From: an uncultured bacterium
Lineage (GTDB): Bacteria; Krumholzibacteriota; Krumholzibacteriia; Krumholzibacteriales; Krumholzibacteriaceae
DNA: 64,000 nucleotides
Direction: 5' to 3'
Assembly (NCBI GenBank): GCA_963786935.1
Contig: CAWBAN010000002.1
Location: 192,001 to 256,000 of the forward strand
The notes beneath the pieces are model-generated. The model did no database searches and had not been told where the DNA came from. It saw nothing but the letters and a program-made list of their open reading frames with translations. A program made the translations under genes and the position numbers. Within the stretch, counting starts at the first letter, position 1. Every line of letters begins with the position of its first letter. Positions 30,575-39,259 of this stretch are shown here, piece after piece.

Positions 30575-31288
30575 ATGAAGAAGATCCTTGTCCTCGCGCT
30601 TGCTCTCTGGCTCATGGCGCCGGCGCTCGTTTCTGCTCAGGAAAAGCCGCCGACCCCGTTCAAGATTTACTCCGATAACAAGACGCCCGAGAATTTCGTG
30701 AGCGCCTACAACGCCTACAACGCGCAGCTCAAGGACACGGCGAACTACTCTGCGGTCGCCATGCTCGGCTGGCTCAACTATTACGAGCTCGAGCGCAACA
30801 TGGAGATTCTCAAGGCGAACACGGACAAGCTCACCGACATGAACAAGTTCCAGTACGGAAACATGCTTCTCGAGCTCGGACGCTACGACGAGGCGATTCC
30901 GCTGTACGCGCAGATCAACGAGCACAATCCCAAGTGGTCGTGCCCGTGGCGGCACAAGGGCACGGCGCTCTGGAAGTCGGGCAAGCTCCCGGAGGCCGTG
31001 GAATCTCTCGAAATGTCGATCAAGACGCGAGAGACGCACTATGACGCATACGTCGTGCTGGCTCAGGTCTATAACGACATGAAGGAATACAAGAAGGCGC
31101 TCGACACCGTCGAAAAGGGACTCTCGTACTACGGCAAAGACAGCGAGGATCCCGACAAGGAAATGAACACTCTCGAAGTGCAGTTCTTGTATCTCGATCT
31201 GCTCAAGAAGAACAACGAAACCGCAAAATATAAGGCACAGTACGAGAAGCTGCAGAAGCTCGTGCCGGGAGACGAGCGGCTGAAATAG
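30575..31288 (+). CDS. Secreted TPR protein
   Basis: GGGAG RBS, MKKILVLAL signal peptide, TPR motifs (LGRYDEAI, GKLPEAV). Confidence 0.85.
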   Translation: MKKILVLALALWLMAPALVSAQEKPPTPFKIYSDNKTPENFVSAYNAYNAQLKDTANYSAVAMLGWLNYYELERNMEILKANTDKLTDMNKFQYGNMLLELGRYDEAIPLYAQINEHNPKWSCPWRHKGTALWKSGKLPEAVESLEMSIKTRETHYDAYVVLAQVYNDMKEYKKALDTVEKGLSYYGKDSEDPDKEMNTLEVQFLYLDLLKKNNETAKYKAQYEKLQKLVPGDERLK

Positions 31289-31319
31289 ATTAGACCCACC
31301 TGATCGCTGCAGTCGAGTG

Positions 31320-31358
31320 GACGGGCGCCTTCCCCACGAGGGCGCCCGTCGAGTTTAT
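31320..31358 (+). terminator. Rho-independent terminator
   Basis: GACGGGCGCC...GGCGCCCGTC stem followed by GAGTTTATT. Confidence 0.55.
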
Positions 31359-31415
31359 TGGGCGCGTCGGCACGCGGGGTCGCCGGCGCAACAAGGCGCA
31401 CGAGCCCGCGGTTTG

Positions 31416-31424
31416 TGATATAAT
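31416..31424 (+). promoter_or_regulatory. Extended -10 promoter upstream of the integrase
   Basis: TG-A-TATAAT about 52 bp before the ATG. Confidence 0.55.
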
Positions 31425-31476
31425 GGCCGGTAGCGGCTGCGCGAGGGATGGTCGTTCGGGGTGATGGGAGGTTGGG

Positions 31477-32454
31477 ATGGAGGCGGAACGCCGCGAGCCG
31501 AAGCTTCTCGATCAGGTTCATATCGCCATCCGGGCGCGCCACTTCAGCTGGCGCACCGAGCGGGCCTACATCGGCTGGATCAAACGTTTCATCTTCTTCC
31601 ACGGGAAGCGGCATCCGGCGGCGCTCGGCGAGGCCGAGGTCACGGCGTTTCTCTCCATGCTCGCCACGCGCGATCGCGTGAGCTCCTCAACGCAGAATCA
31701 GGCTCTCAGCGCGATCATCTTTCTCTATCGGACCGTGCTCGGGAAGAATCTCGAATGGATGGACGGCGTCGTACGGGCGAAGCGGGTCGTGCGGCTGCCG
31801 ATGGTGCTCACGCGCGACGAGGTTCGCGCCGTTCTCGCCGAGATGCGCGGGACACCGTGGCTCATGGCGTCGCTCATGTACGGCGCGGGGCTTCGGCTGC
31901 TCGAGTGCGCGCGCCTGCGCGTGAAGGATGTCGATTTCGAGCGGCTCGAGATCACCGTGCGGAACGGCAAAGGCGGCAAGGACCGGCGCACGATGCTTCC
32001 CGTGTCGCTCAGGGAGATTCTCGCGACGCACGTCGCTCGGGTGAGGCGGCTCCACGATCGCGATCTGCGGCGGCGCCTCGGGATCGTGGCGCTTCCCGAC
32101 GGGATCGAGCGCAAATATCCGAAGGCGGCTTGGGAGTGGGGATGGCAGTGGGTGTTCCCGGCGACGAGGCTTTATCGCGATGCGAAATCCGGCAGATGGC
32201 AGCGTCACCATCTCCACGAAACGGTCGTCCAGCGTGCGATGAAGGAGGCCGTGCGGCGAGCCGGGATCGCCAAGCCGGCGAGCTGCCACACGCTGCGGCA
32301 TTCCTTCGCCACGCACCTGCTCGAGGCGGGGTACGATATCCGGACGATCCAGGAGCTTCTCGGACATTCGGATGTCAGCACCACCATGATATACACGCAC
32401 GTGCTGAACAAGGGAGGGCAGGGGGTACGGAGCCCCATTGACGGGGTGATTTAG
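31477..32454 (+). CDS. intI: Integron integrase (tyrosine recombinase)
   Basis: [24 protein letters not shown], the IntI-specific insert ([14 protein letters not shown]...RHHL), [27 protein letters not shown]; all catalytic residues present. Confidence 0.97.
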   Translation: MEAERREPKLLDQVHIAIRARHFSWRTERAYIGWIKRFIFFHGKRHPAALGEAEVTAFLSMLATRDRVSSSTQNQALSAIIFLYRTVLGKNLEWMDGVVRAKRVVRLPMVLTRDEVRAVLAEMRGTPWLMASLMYGAGLRLLECARLRVKDVDFERLEITVRNGKGGKDRRTMLPVSLREILATHVARVRRLHDRDLRRRLGIVALPDGIERKYPKAAWEWGWQWVFPATRLYRDAKSGRWQRHHLHETVVQRAMKEAVRRAGIAKPASCHTLRHSFATHLLEAGYDIRTIQELLGHSDVSTTMIYTHVLNKGGQGVRSPIDGVI

Positions 32455-32670
32455 GTCGCTTTGGAGGCGCCGGGGCCGGCCGAGGCCGGCCCGGGTTGGC
32501 CGGGGCCGACGGCGGGCTTGATGAGAGCCGGTCGGGTGTATGCGGCCGCACACCGAACGGCGGGGGCGGGCAGCAGTGCACGTGACTCTCCAGGACCATA
32601 CATAACTACTATGTTTATTGCATACCAATGCATGCGCTCGCAGTCTATCATGGGGCGTCCAGAACAGTGC

Positions 32671-32698
32671 TTGATGTTACTTATTTATTTGATATAAT
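32671..32698 (+). promoter_or_regulatory. Putative cassette promoter (Pc) of array 1
   Basis: TTGATG-16 bp-TATAAT with TG extension, about 87 bp upstream of the crossover point. Confidence 0.65.
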
Positions 32699-32743
32699 AT
32701 ACATGTAATCCCAAAGGGAAGAGGCTTGGCTACACAGCATGTA

Positions 32744-32791
32744 TTCGCAGTCCTATCTGCGCAACACAGAACAGTCTATATTGAGTTAGAT
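32744..32791 (+). other. attI recombination site, array 1 (core GTTAGAT at 32785-32791)
   Basis: GTTAGATGGA is the exact reverse complement of TCCATCTAAC at the end of cassette 1. No attC hairpin precedes it. Confidence 0.85.
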
Positions 32792-32811
32792 GGAATTTTG
32801 GGGGCTAATTC

Positions 32812-33087
32812 ATGATCCTGCAAATCATAGTCTTGGCAATTTTCCTCGGGCTTGTTCCAGCAGCCATAGCGCATCATAAAGGAGAGAATTTCTTCCTATG
32901 GTGGTTCTTTGGTGCCTTCATTTTTATTGTTGCTCTGCCATATGCGATCGTAATGAAACCTGACAAAGTCCTAGTCGAGCGCAAAATGGTTTCACGGGAC
33001 ATGAAGAAGTGCCCGTTCTGTGGCGAATTTATCAAGACAGAGGCGATTGTCTGCCGATTTTGCAGCCGAGATTTGAACCCGCAATAA
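32812..33087 (+). CDS. Cassette 1: small membrane protein with C-terminal zinc ribbon
   Basis: Two TM segments, then KKCPFCGE.IK.EAIVCRFC. Confidence 0.85.
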   Translation: MILQIIVLAIFLGLVPAAIAHHKGENFFLWWFFGAFIFIVALPYAIVMKPDKVLVERKMVSRDMKKCPFCGEFIKTEAIVCRFCSRDLNPQ

Positions 33088-33190
33088 TGGCGAGATGCTT
33101 GTGTGAGGCTTTGTTGCTGGATGCGTCAATTCAATGAATGTGCTAAATGGCGTGTATCCGTGCGTGGCAAGGGATTGTTGGGAGCGATCC

Positions 33191-33302
33191 ATCTAACTCC
33201 GCATGCAGCTGACGGCCGCTGCCGTCACGCCGCCTGCGGAGCACGCGGCGCGCCGGCCCGCCGGGGCGGCGGGCGCGGCCGCAGCTGATGCCGGTGTTAG
33301 GC
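33191..33302 (+). repeat. attC site 1 (112-bp family)
   Basis: ATCTAAC-TCCGC-ATGCAGCTGACGGCCGC...GCGGCCGCAGCTGAT-GCCGGT-GTTAGGC; imperfect palindrome with unpaired extra bases. Confidence 0.95.
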
Positions 33303-33329
33303 AACTGTAGCGGACACAAAGGAGCGGAT

Positions 33330-33882
33330 GTGAAAAAGATTCGCATCATTATTCTTCATGTTCTTGCTGCAACGCTTGGTTCGATCCTAGTGGGGTTCGT
33401 GTTCTACCACCTAGCGGTGTTCCAGCCGCGTTATGCAGCGTTCCAGTTCGTGGTGATCGGCGCATCGATCGGACTCTTGCTCGGTTGCGCCCGCTTTCTC
33501 CCACCTAAGGCGTTTCTTGTTATGCCTGTGGTAGTGTGGGCACTGCAATTCGCTAGTGGCACGCTCACGCACTGGGCGCCTGCTGCTGCGGGATGCGGTG
33601 TTCGTGCTTGGTATCTCTGCGGCAGCGTATGGAGCTGAGCGAATGGCGGCACGTGCCAGGATTGCAGAGTCAGAGCTGAATCGCGCGACGCTCAAGATCT
33701 TGGTTCTGTGGCTTGGCTACTTTGCCGCAGGGATGATCCTATGCTTGGTATCCGGCGTTAGAAGCTGGGCATGTATGCCTCCATCTACTCACAGATGGGT
33801 TTGCTGCTGGCGATAGGAAGTGTCGATGGGGATCGAGCTAAGTGAAAAGATCACTACACAAACGCGAGAAACAGTTGTCTAA
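33330..33882 (+). pseudogene. Cassette 2: frameshifted membrane protein
   Basis: AAGGAG RBS and GTG start. Hydrophobic coding sequence changes frame near 33555, 33765 and 33820 and ends at the TAA inside the attC. Confidence 0.6.
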
Positions 33883-33988
33883 CTCCGCATGCAGCTGGCA
33901 GCCGCTGCCGTCACGCCGCCTGCGGAGCACGCGGCGCGCCGGCCCGCCGAGGTGGCGATCGCGGCCGCAGCTGATGCCGGTGTTAGGC
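33877..33988 (+). repeat. attC site 2
   Basis: GTCTAAC...GTTAGGC, 112 bp, same family. Confidence 0.95.
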
Positions 33989-34015
33989 CGACTTCTGCTC
34001 TGAGGAGGTGCTCCA

Positions 34016-34597
34016 ATGAAAAGGATTATCTGTGTGCTTCTGATGCTGCTCTCGATGGCTGCAAAGTCGGCTTCTTCCTATGAACTGGTTACCGTGCCGT
34101 TGCCCGGCATCGAAGGCAGATACTCCTTCACCGAGGGAAATAATTACCGAGACATGCACTTTGAACTGGACGGAGTTCCATTTGTAGTGAATCGAGTGTG
34201 GATACACATATCGGGCGTGTTCTCCGTCGGGGAGATAATGTGCAATGATGGTACGCCGGCAGGGCCGTATCTCCTGCCGGTGGAATTCTTAGCTACCACG
34301 GAGGATACGATAAACGGGAGCTGGTTTGGCGCGGCCAGTACTTCGTCGGAGGAAAGCGGCGCGTTTGAGTACCTGAATCAATTTAGAAGGCTTCTCGGAC
34401 GCCCGATCAGCTGGGATTTTCTGATGGCAGGATACGGCAATCTCAATATGGACATCAATTTCGGCCTCATACCTGAGTGCTGGGTCACTGTATGGCCCGA
34501 AGCGACAATAGAGACGGCGGAGCTCATTATCGAATGCGATTTTCCTATTGCTGTTGATCAGAGCACATGGGGCAGCATCAAGTCGCTGTTTCGATGA
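34016..34597 (+). CDS. Cassette 3: secreted protein with TWGxIKxL tail
   Basis: GAGGAGG RBS, signal peptide, ends PIAVDQSTWGSIKSLFR. Confidence 0.85.
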   Translation: MKRIICVLLMLLSMAAKSASSYELVTVPLPGIEGRYSFTEGNNYRDMHFELDGVPFVVNRVWIHISGVFSVGEIMCNDGTPAGPYLLPVEFLATTEDTINGSWFGAASTSSEESGAFEYLNQFRRLLGRPISWDFLMAGYGNLNMDINFGLIPECWVTVWPEATIETAELIIECDFPIAVDQSTWGSIKSLFR

Positions 34598-34606
34598 GGG
34601 ATCGCG

Positions 34607-34718
34607 GTCTAACTCCGCATGCAGCTGACGGCCGCTGCCGTCACGCCGCCTGCGGAGCACGCGGCGCGCCGGCCCGCCGAGGCGGCGGACGCGGCCGCAG
34701 CTGATGCTTGTGTTAGGC
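34607..34718 (+). repeat. attC site 3
   Basis: GTCTAAC...GTTAGGC, 112 bp. Confidence 0.95.
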
Positions 34719-34748
34719 CGATTTTGTAGGAATGAAAGAGAGATTGTG

Positions 34749-35186
34749 ATGAGCAGGTGGCAGATCGTGGCATTATTGGGCATCGCCATCCTGATTATTG
34801 GTCTTTTTGTGCCGATCGTTGAAGTGCCGCTCAAGGACAAGCTGAATTATTATAACTTCTTTCACCACGCCTATAATGCGAAGTTCTTTCTGGTCCTTAT
34901 GGGCGCATCTGCCGTTCTGGTATTCTTTCGTTTGTTCAAGATTCTGAGAATGACGGGGGGTCTCGCATTTGCGCTGATCATCGGCCATATGATTTTTGTA
35001 GGACACTGGGTGCGTGCCGAGGACGCCAAGACCAATGCGGGCTTTCACAATGTGCTCCGCGAAGTGAGTCCTTGGCCGGAGCATTATTACAGGCTGCAGT
35101 GGGGCTGGGCCATCTTGATAATCGGCGCGGTCCTTATTATTGTGGCATCGCTGATGAAGGATGAGTCGACAGAGACAAAGTCCTAA
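34749..35186 (+). CDS. Cassette 4: four-TM membrane protein
   Basis: Hydrophobic, LQWGW motif, stop codon inside the attC inverse core. Confidence 0.8.
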   Translation: MSRWQIVALLGIAILIIGLFVPIVEVPLKDKLNYYNFFHHAYNAKFFLVLMGASAVLVFFRLFKILRMTGGLAFALIIGHMIFVGHWVRAEDAKTNAGFHNVLREVSPWPEHYYRLQWGWAILIIGAVLIIVASLMKDESTETKS

Positions 35187-35274
35187 CTCAGCGTGCAGCT
35201 GTCGGCCGCCGCGAGAGCGCTCGGGCAACTGAGGCATCATGCGGCGGCGCCCGCAGCTGACGCTTGTGTTAGGC
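35181..35274 (+). repeat. attC site 4 (94-bp variant with a different central loop)
   Basis: TCCTAAC-TCAGC-GTGCAGCTG...CAGCTGAC-GCTTGT-GTTAGGC. Confidence 0.9.
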
Positions 35275-35301
35275 CGACTTCTGCTCTGAGGAGGTGCTCC
35301 A

Positions 35302-35883
35302 ATGAAAAGGATTATCTGTGTGCTTCTGATGCTGCTCTCGATGGCTGCATAGTCGGCTTCTTCCTATGAACTGGTTACCGTGCCGTTGCCCGGCATCGAA
35401 GGCAGATACTCCTTCACCGAGGGAAATAATTACCGAGACATGCACTTTGAACTGGACGGAGTTCCATTTGTAGTGAATCGAGTGTGGATACACATATCGG
35501 GCGTGTTCTCTGTCGGGGAGATAATGTGCAATGATGGTACGCCGGCAGGGCCGTATCTCCTGCCGGTGGAATTCTTAGCTACCACGGAGGATACGATAAA
35601 CGGGAGCTGGTTTGGCGCGGCCAGTACTTCGTCGGAGGAAAGCGGCGCGTTTGAGTACCTGAATCAATTTAGAAGGCTTCTCGGACGCCCGATCAGCTGG
35701 GATTTTCTGATGGCAGGATACGGCAATCTCAATATGGACATCAATTTCGGCCTCATACCTGAGTGCTGGGTCACTGTATGGCCCGAAGCGACAATAGAGA
35801 CGGCGGAGCTCATTATCGAATGCGATTTTCCTATTGCCGTTGATCAGAACACATGGGGCAGCATCAAATCGCTGTTTCGATGA
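35302..35883 (+). pseudogene. Cassette 5: duplicate of cassette 3 with a nonsense codon
   Basis: Near-identical to 34016-34597; codon 17 AAG->TAG at 35350-35352. Confidence 0.85.
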
Positions 35884-35892
35884 GGGATCGCG

Positions 35893-36004
35893 GTCTAACT
35901 CTGCATGCAGCTGACGGCCGCTGCCGTCACGCCGCCTGCGGAGCACGCGGCGCGCCGGCCCGCCGGGGCGGCGGGCGCGGCCGCAGCTGATGCCGGTGTT
36001 AGAT
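35893..36004 (+). repeat. attC site 5
   Basis: GTCTAAC...GTTAGAT, 112 bp. Confidence 0.95.
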
Positions 36005-36016
36005 AGAGCTTGGTTT

Positions 36017-36532
36017 ATGGCGAGAATATCATTGAGAAGTTCTGCATTCTTGGCCGGGGTATTCTCAATGGCAGTTCTCATTGGCTGTGAGGAGGGAGCA
36101 AATACCGTGGTGCCCGTCTCGGATGGCACTTCTGTATCGATCAAGCTGAGCCAAAGAACTCTGAGGAGCTGCGATGCACTACTGATACATGTTGAACTAG
36201 CCTATGAGGGTGATGATTCGGCCATGGTTAAATACTGCGAGCCGTGTGACACGCTAGCCTACTATGTTACGACCGCCGGGGGGTACACCGTTCAACCAAG
36301 AACTCCCAATATTATCTGCGCAGCGTGCACGGAAACGGGTACCATCGCATTGCACAAGGGAGAGAAGGTCTCGGCCACGTTCGTTTTTGCAACGACTGAT
36401 AAGTACTTCAACTATCATCACTACGATTGTCTTCCTTCTGGATCGTATACCGTGCATGCTGGGGATAAATACCGGCAGCACCCATGGGTCTCGGCTGGTT
36501 TCTGTATTGAACATTGCCGAGAGCCTTTCTAA
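36017..36532 (+). CDS. Cassette 6: Cys-rich lipoprotein
   Basis: Lipobox LIGC; stop inside the attC inverse core. Confidence 0.75.
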   Translation: MARISLRSSAFLAGVFSMAVLIGCEEGANTVVPVSDGTSVSIKLSQRTLRSCDALLIHVELAYEGDDSAMVKYCEPCDTLAYYVTTAGGYTVQPRTPNIICAACTETGTIALHKGEKVSATFVFATTDKYFNYHHYDCLPSGSYTVHAGDKYRQHPWVSAGFCIEHCREPF

Positions 36533-36638
36533 CTCCGCATTCAGCTGCCGGCCGCTGCCGTCACGCCGCCTGCGGAGCACGCGGCGCGCCGGCCCGCCGA
36601 GGTGGCGATCGCGGCCGCAGCTGATGCCGGTGTTGGAC
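36527..36638 (+). repeat. attC site 6
   Basis: TTCTAAC...GTTGGAC, 112 bp. Confidence 0.95.
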
Positions 36639-36654
36639 ATACCTGATTGCGATC

Positions 36655-36690
36655 TTGACATATAGCCAGCATCTGGCTATAATCTGGCTA
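36655..36690 (+). promoter_or_regulatory. TA cassette promoter with overlapping operator palindrome
   Basis: Perfect TTGACA-17 bp-TATAAT. TATAGCCAG-CAT-CTGGCTATA spans the spacer and -10. Confidence 0.9.
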
Positions 36691-36692
36691 GA

Positions 36693-36986
36693 ATGAAACA
36701 TCGAATATTGCTGGCTCAACAGGCGCTGAGGGATTTGCGCAGGCTGCGCGCGCATGATCGTGCGACGGTCATCTCTGCGATTGCCAAGCACTTGACGCAT
36801 GAGCCAAGGCGTACGAGCAAGAGTCGGATCAAGCGCCTGAGGGGATTAGCGAAGCCGGGGTATCGACTTCGCGTTGGCGATATCAGGATCTTCTATGATG
36901 TGGCGGGAGGCGAAGTGCATGTTCTCGCCATCATTTCCAAGGCTGATGCCGACCGGTGGCTGGAAGAGGAAGGTGAGCGATCGTGA
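36693..36986 (+). CDS. Cassette 7: RelE/ParE-family toxin
   Basis: A.RDLRRL, IKRLRG, YRLRVGDIRIFYDV. Confidence 0.9.
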   Translation: MKHRILLAQQALRDLRRLRAHDRATVISAIAKHLTHEPRRTSKSRIKRLRGLAKPGYRLRVGDIRIFYDVAGGEVHVLAIISKADADRWLEEEGERS

Positions 36987-37228
36987 AAAAGGTAGCACTA
37001 TCGACAATCAAAGATGATCTGTCGCGTTTCTTGCGGCTTGCCGAGAATGAGCAAGTTATCATTACTCGTCACGGGAAGCCTGCCGGCGTGCTGATCGGCT
37101 TCAAATCAGAAGATGAATGGTTCGAGTATCGTCTCGAGAATGACCCGCGTTTTCTGAAGCGGATTGAGGCGGCGCGGCGTAGCATACGGAGCGGCAAGGG
37201 TATACCATTGGACGAGGTAGGGACCTAA
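36983..37228 (+). CDS. Cassette 7: Phd/YefM-family antitoxin
   Basis: K.DLSRFL..AE.E.VIITRHGKPAGVLI; GTGA overlap with the toxin stop. Confidence 0.9.
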   Translation: MKKVALSTIKDDLSRFLRLAENEQVIITRHGKPAGVLIGFKSEDEWFEYRLENDPRFLKRIEAARRSIRSGKGIPLDEVGT

Positions 37229-37242
37229 GTGGATATCGAGAT

Positions 37243-37354
37243 GTCCAACTCTGCATGCAGCTGACGGCCGCTGCCGTCACGCCGCCTGCGGAGCACGCGG
37301 CGCGCCGGCCCGCCGGGGCGGCGGACGCGGCCGCAGCTGATGCCTGTGTTGGGC
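37243..37354 (+). repeat. attC site 7
   Basis: GTCCAAC...GTTGGGC, 112 bp. Confidence 0.95.
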
Positions 37355-37373
37355 AGAATGATATGGAGTTGGA

Positions 37374-37781
37374 GTGTTTCGAATCCTATTTGTTTGCGTT
37401 GAAAATTCGAGTCGCAGTCAAATGGCAGAGGCATTTGCCCGAATGCACGGTGCCGGCTTGGTTGATGCGCGAAGCGCGGGCTCTAAACCCTCGGGTTCCA
37501 TTAATCCGCGCGCTGTGGCGGCGATGCTTCAACGAGGCTATGACCTTTCCGGGCATCGATCCAAGAGCCTGGCTGACATTGGCAAGGGGCGATGGGACTA
37601 TTTGGTGACGATGGGCTGTGGCGACGAGTGTCCATGGGTGTCGGCAGCGAATCGGGAGGATTGGAAGTTGCCGGATCCTCATGATCTGTCGCCCAGTCAA
37701 TTTAATGAGCTTCGAGACGAGATCGAACGTCGGGTCATTGATCTGATTGCTCGACTTCGCGCTGGCGGGGGGAAATCTTGA
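37374..37781 (+). CDS. arsC: Cassette 8: arsenate reductase (LMW-PTP/thioredoxin-coupled family)
   Basis: LFVCVENSSRSQMAEAF (CX5R), SAGS.P, TMGCGDECP, W.LPDP. Confidence 0.85.
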   Translation: MFRILFVCVENSSRSQMAEAFARMHGAGLVDARSAGSKPSGSINPRAVAAMLQRGYDLSGHRSKSLADIGKGRWDYLVTMGCGDECPWVSAANREDWKLPDPHDLSPSQFNELRDEIERRVIDLIARLRAGGGKS

Positions 37782-37790
37782 TACGCATCT

Positions 37791-37839
37791 GTCCAACTCC
37801 GCATGCAGCTGACGGCCGCAGCTGATGCCGGTGTTAGCT
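37791..37839 (+). repeat. attC site 8 (49 bp, internally deleted)
   Basis: GTCCAAC-TCCGC-ATGCAGCTGACGGCCGCAGCTGAT-GCCGGT-GTTAGCT. Confidence 0.9.
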
Positions 37840-37866
37840 GGAATGTGCACTTAAATGGGGGGTGCG

Positions 37867-38508
37867 ATGAGTATGTGGAATCGGATTGCTTTGTTGCTCG
37901 TGGTTCTCGCCTTGGCGTCGGGCAATGCTCATGCGATCAATTGTCAGGGCGGAATATCAATAGTTATCCCGGTGGGGAACGCGGACAATTTCGCGGAACC
38001 GTTGGAGCCGGTTTTTCCGGATGCGAATCTGGCGCGACTCATAGCCACCGTATGGAACGTCCCCCTTCGATATCTGGACAACATGGACATCAATGCATCG
38101 ATGGGGCATACGTTTCAGTGGGAGCCGTGTCCAATCACCGCGGCCGAGCTCGAAATCCACGTTCTCTCGATGGGTACCGCTTCCGATAACGACAGGCTAA
38201 GCATTGAACTGAACGACCGGTATTTTGAGGGTGAGAGCGAGGTCTATCGGTGGACGACGACCCTCGCGATTCTGACCCAGACAGAATGGTATTATGGAGA
38301 AGATGCGACTCTGGTGCTTGATCTCGGCGATCTGCCCGTGGATTTGTATGGTCGCACATCTGTCCTGGCATACATGAACGATGGAAATCTTGACGTTGAA
38401 GTTCAAGATGATACGGCCGTCGACTACATCATCCTGCGATTGTGCACTTCATCTCCTGTTGCCGTGGAGAACAAGACGTGGAGCTCGATCAAGGATTTGT
38501 TTAAGTAA
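37867..38508 (+). CDS. Cassette 9: secreted protein with TWxxIKxL tail
   Basis: Signal peptide; ends PVAVENKTWSSIKDLFK. Confidence 0.85.
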   Translation: MSMWNRIALLLVVLALASGNAHAINCQGGISIVIPVGNADNFAEPLEPVFPDANLARLIATVWNVPLRYLDNMDINASMGHTFQWEPCPITAAELEIHVLSMGTASDNDRLSIELNDRYFEGESEVYRWTTTLAILTQTEWYYGEDATLVLDLGDLPVDLYGRTSVLAYMNDGNLDVEVQDDTAVDYIILRLCTSSPVAVENKTWSSIKDLFK

Positions 38509-38516
38509 AAGGCTCC

Positions 38517-38628
38517 AGCTAACTCCGCATACAGCTGGCGGCCGCTGCCGTCACGCCGCCTGCGGAGCACGCGGCGCGCCGGCCCGCCGGGGCGGCGGGC
38601 GCGGCCGCAGCTGATGCCGACGTTAGCT
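38517..38628 (+). repeat. attC site 9
   Basis: AGCTAAC...GTTAGCT, 112 bp. Confidence 0.95.
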
Positions 38629-38646
38629 TCACGGAGCTTCTGGGGC

Positions 38647-38675
38647 TTGACACTTTCGACGGTATGATATATTGT
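38647..38675 (+). promoter_or_regulatory. Promoter of second TA cassette
   Basis: TTGACA followed by TGATATATTGT (-10 region) just upstream of the GAGGTG RBS. Confidence 0.65.
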
Positions 38676-38693
38676 AATACTTGAGGTGATTGC

Positions 38694-38936
38694 ATGAGCA
38701 CGATAAAGGTAGCCATAACGATTCAGGACCACCTGCTCGACAGGCTGGATCGATTAGTCAAGGCGAGAGTATTTCCAAATCGCAGTAAAGCGGTGCAAGA
38801 GGCCGTGAAAGAAAAACTTGCGCGGCTAGATCGCAACCGTCTCGCGCGGGAATGTGCAAAGCTCGACAAGAAGTTCGAGCGTTCAATGGCCGAGGAGGGC
38901 GTTTCGCGGGAGCTTTCTGAATGGCCAGAATACTGA
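38694..38936 (+). CDS. Cassette 10: ribbon-helix-helix (CopG-like) antitoxin
   Basis: KVAITI...LLDRLD.LV...[12 protein letters not shown], ends WPEY. Confidence 0.85.
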   Translation: MSTIKVAITIQDHLLDRLDRLVKARVFPNRSKAVQEAVKEKLARLDRNRLARECAKLDKKFERSMAEEGVSRELSEWPEY

Positions 38937-39259
38937 GGGGCGGGATCTATTGGGCTGATTTGGATCCGACGAAGGGGCGTGAGCAGGCCGGTGAGCGCCC
39001 CGTGCTGATTCTCAGTCATGATATCTTCAATGAACGTTCAGGCACCGTCATCGCGATGGCTTTAACAAGCGCACCCCAGAAAGCGGGTTTTCCGCTGACA
39101 CTCGAGCTGTCTGATTCATCTCTTCCGAAGAAGTCGTGGGTCAAAATCAGCCAGATTCGCACGTTGTCAACTGAGCGGCTCGGCAAGAAAATCACGAAAT
39201 TGTCCGATAAAGAGCTTGATCTCATCATTGAGGGATTAAACGAGATCATCGGAAGCTGA
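38921..39259 (+). CDS. Cassette 10: PemK/MazF-family endoribonuclease toxin
   Basis: [26 protein letters not shown]...QIRTLS.ERL. Confidence 0.92.
   Translation: MARILRGGIYWADLDPTKGREQAGERPVLILSHDIFNERSGTVIAMALTSAPQKAGFPLTLELSDSSLPKKSWVKISQIRTLSTERLGKKITKLSDKELDLIIEGLNEIIGS

Noticed and set aside
31360..31476. SOS/LexA box in the intI promoter
   Set aside because: No CTGT-N8-ACAG or GAAC-N4-GTTC is visible. A lineage-specific box cannot be excluded.
32451..32697. Small ORFs between intI and attI, and short ORFs running through attC sites
   Set aside because: They translate GC-rich spacer or repeat DNA, have no RBS, and recur only because the attC sequence recurs.
35350..35352. In-frame TAG as pyrrolysine or recoding
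   Set aside because: It is a single A->T change relative to an intact duplicate, inside the signal peptide. TAG is used as a normal stop elsewhere in the window and no pyl genes are present.
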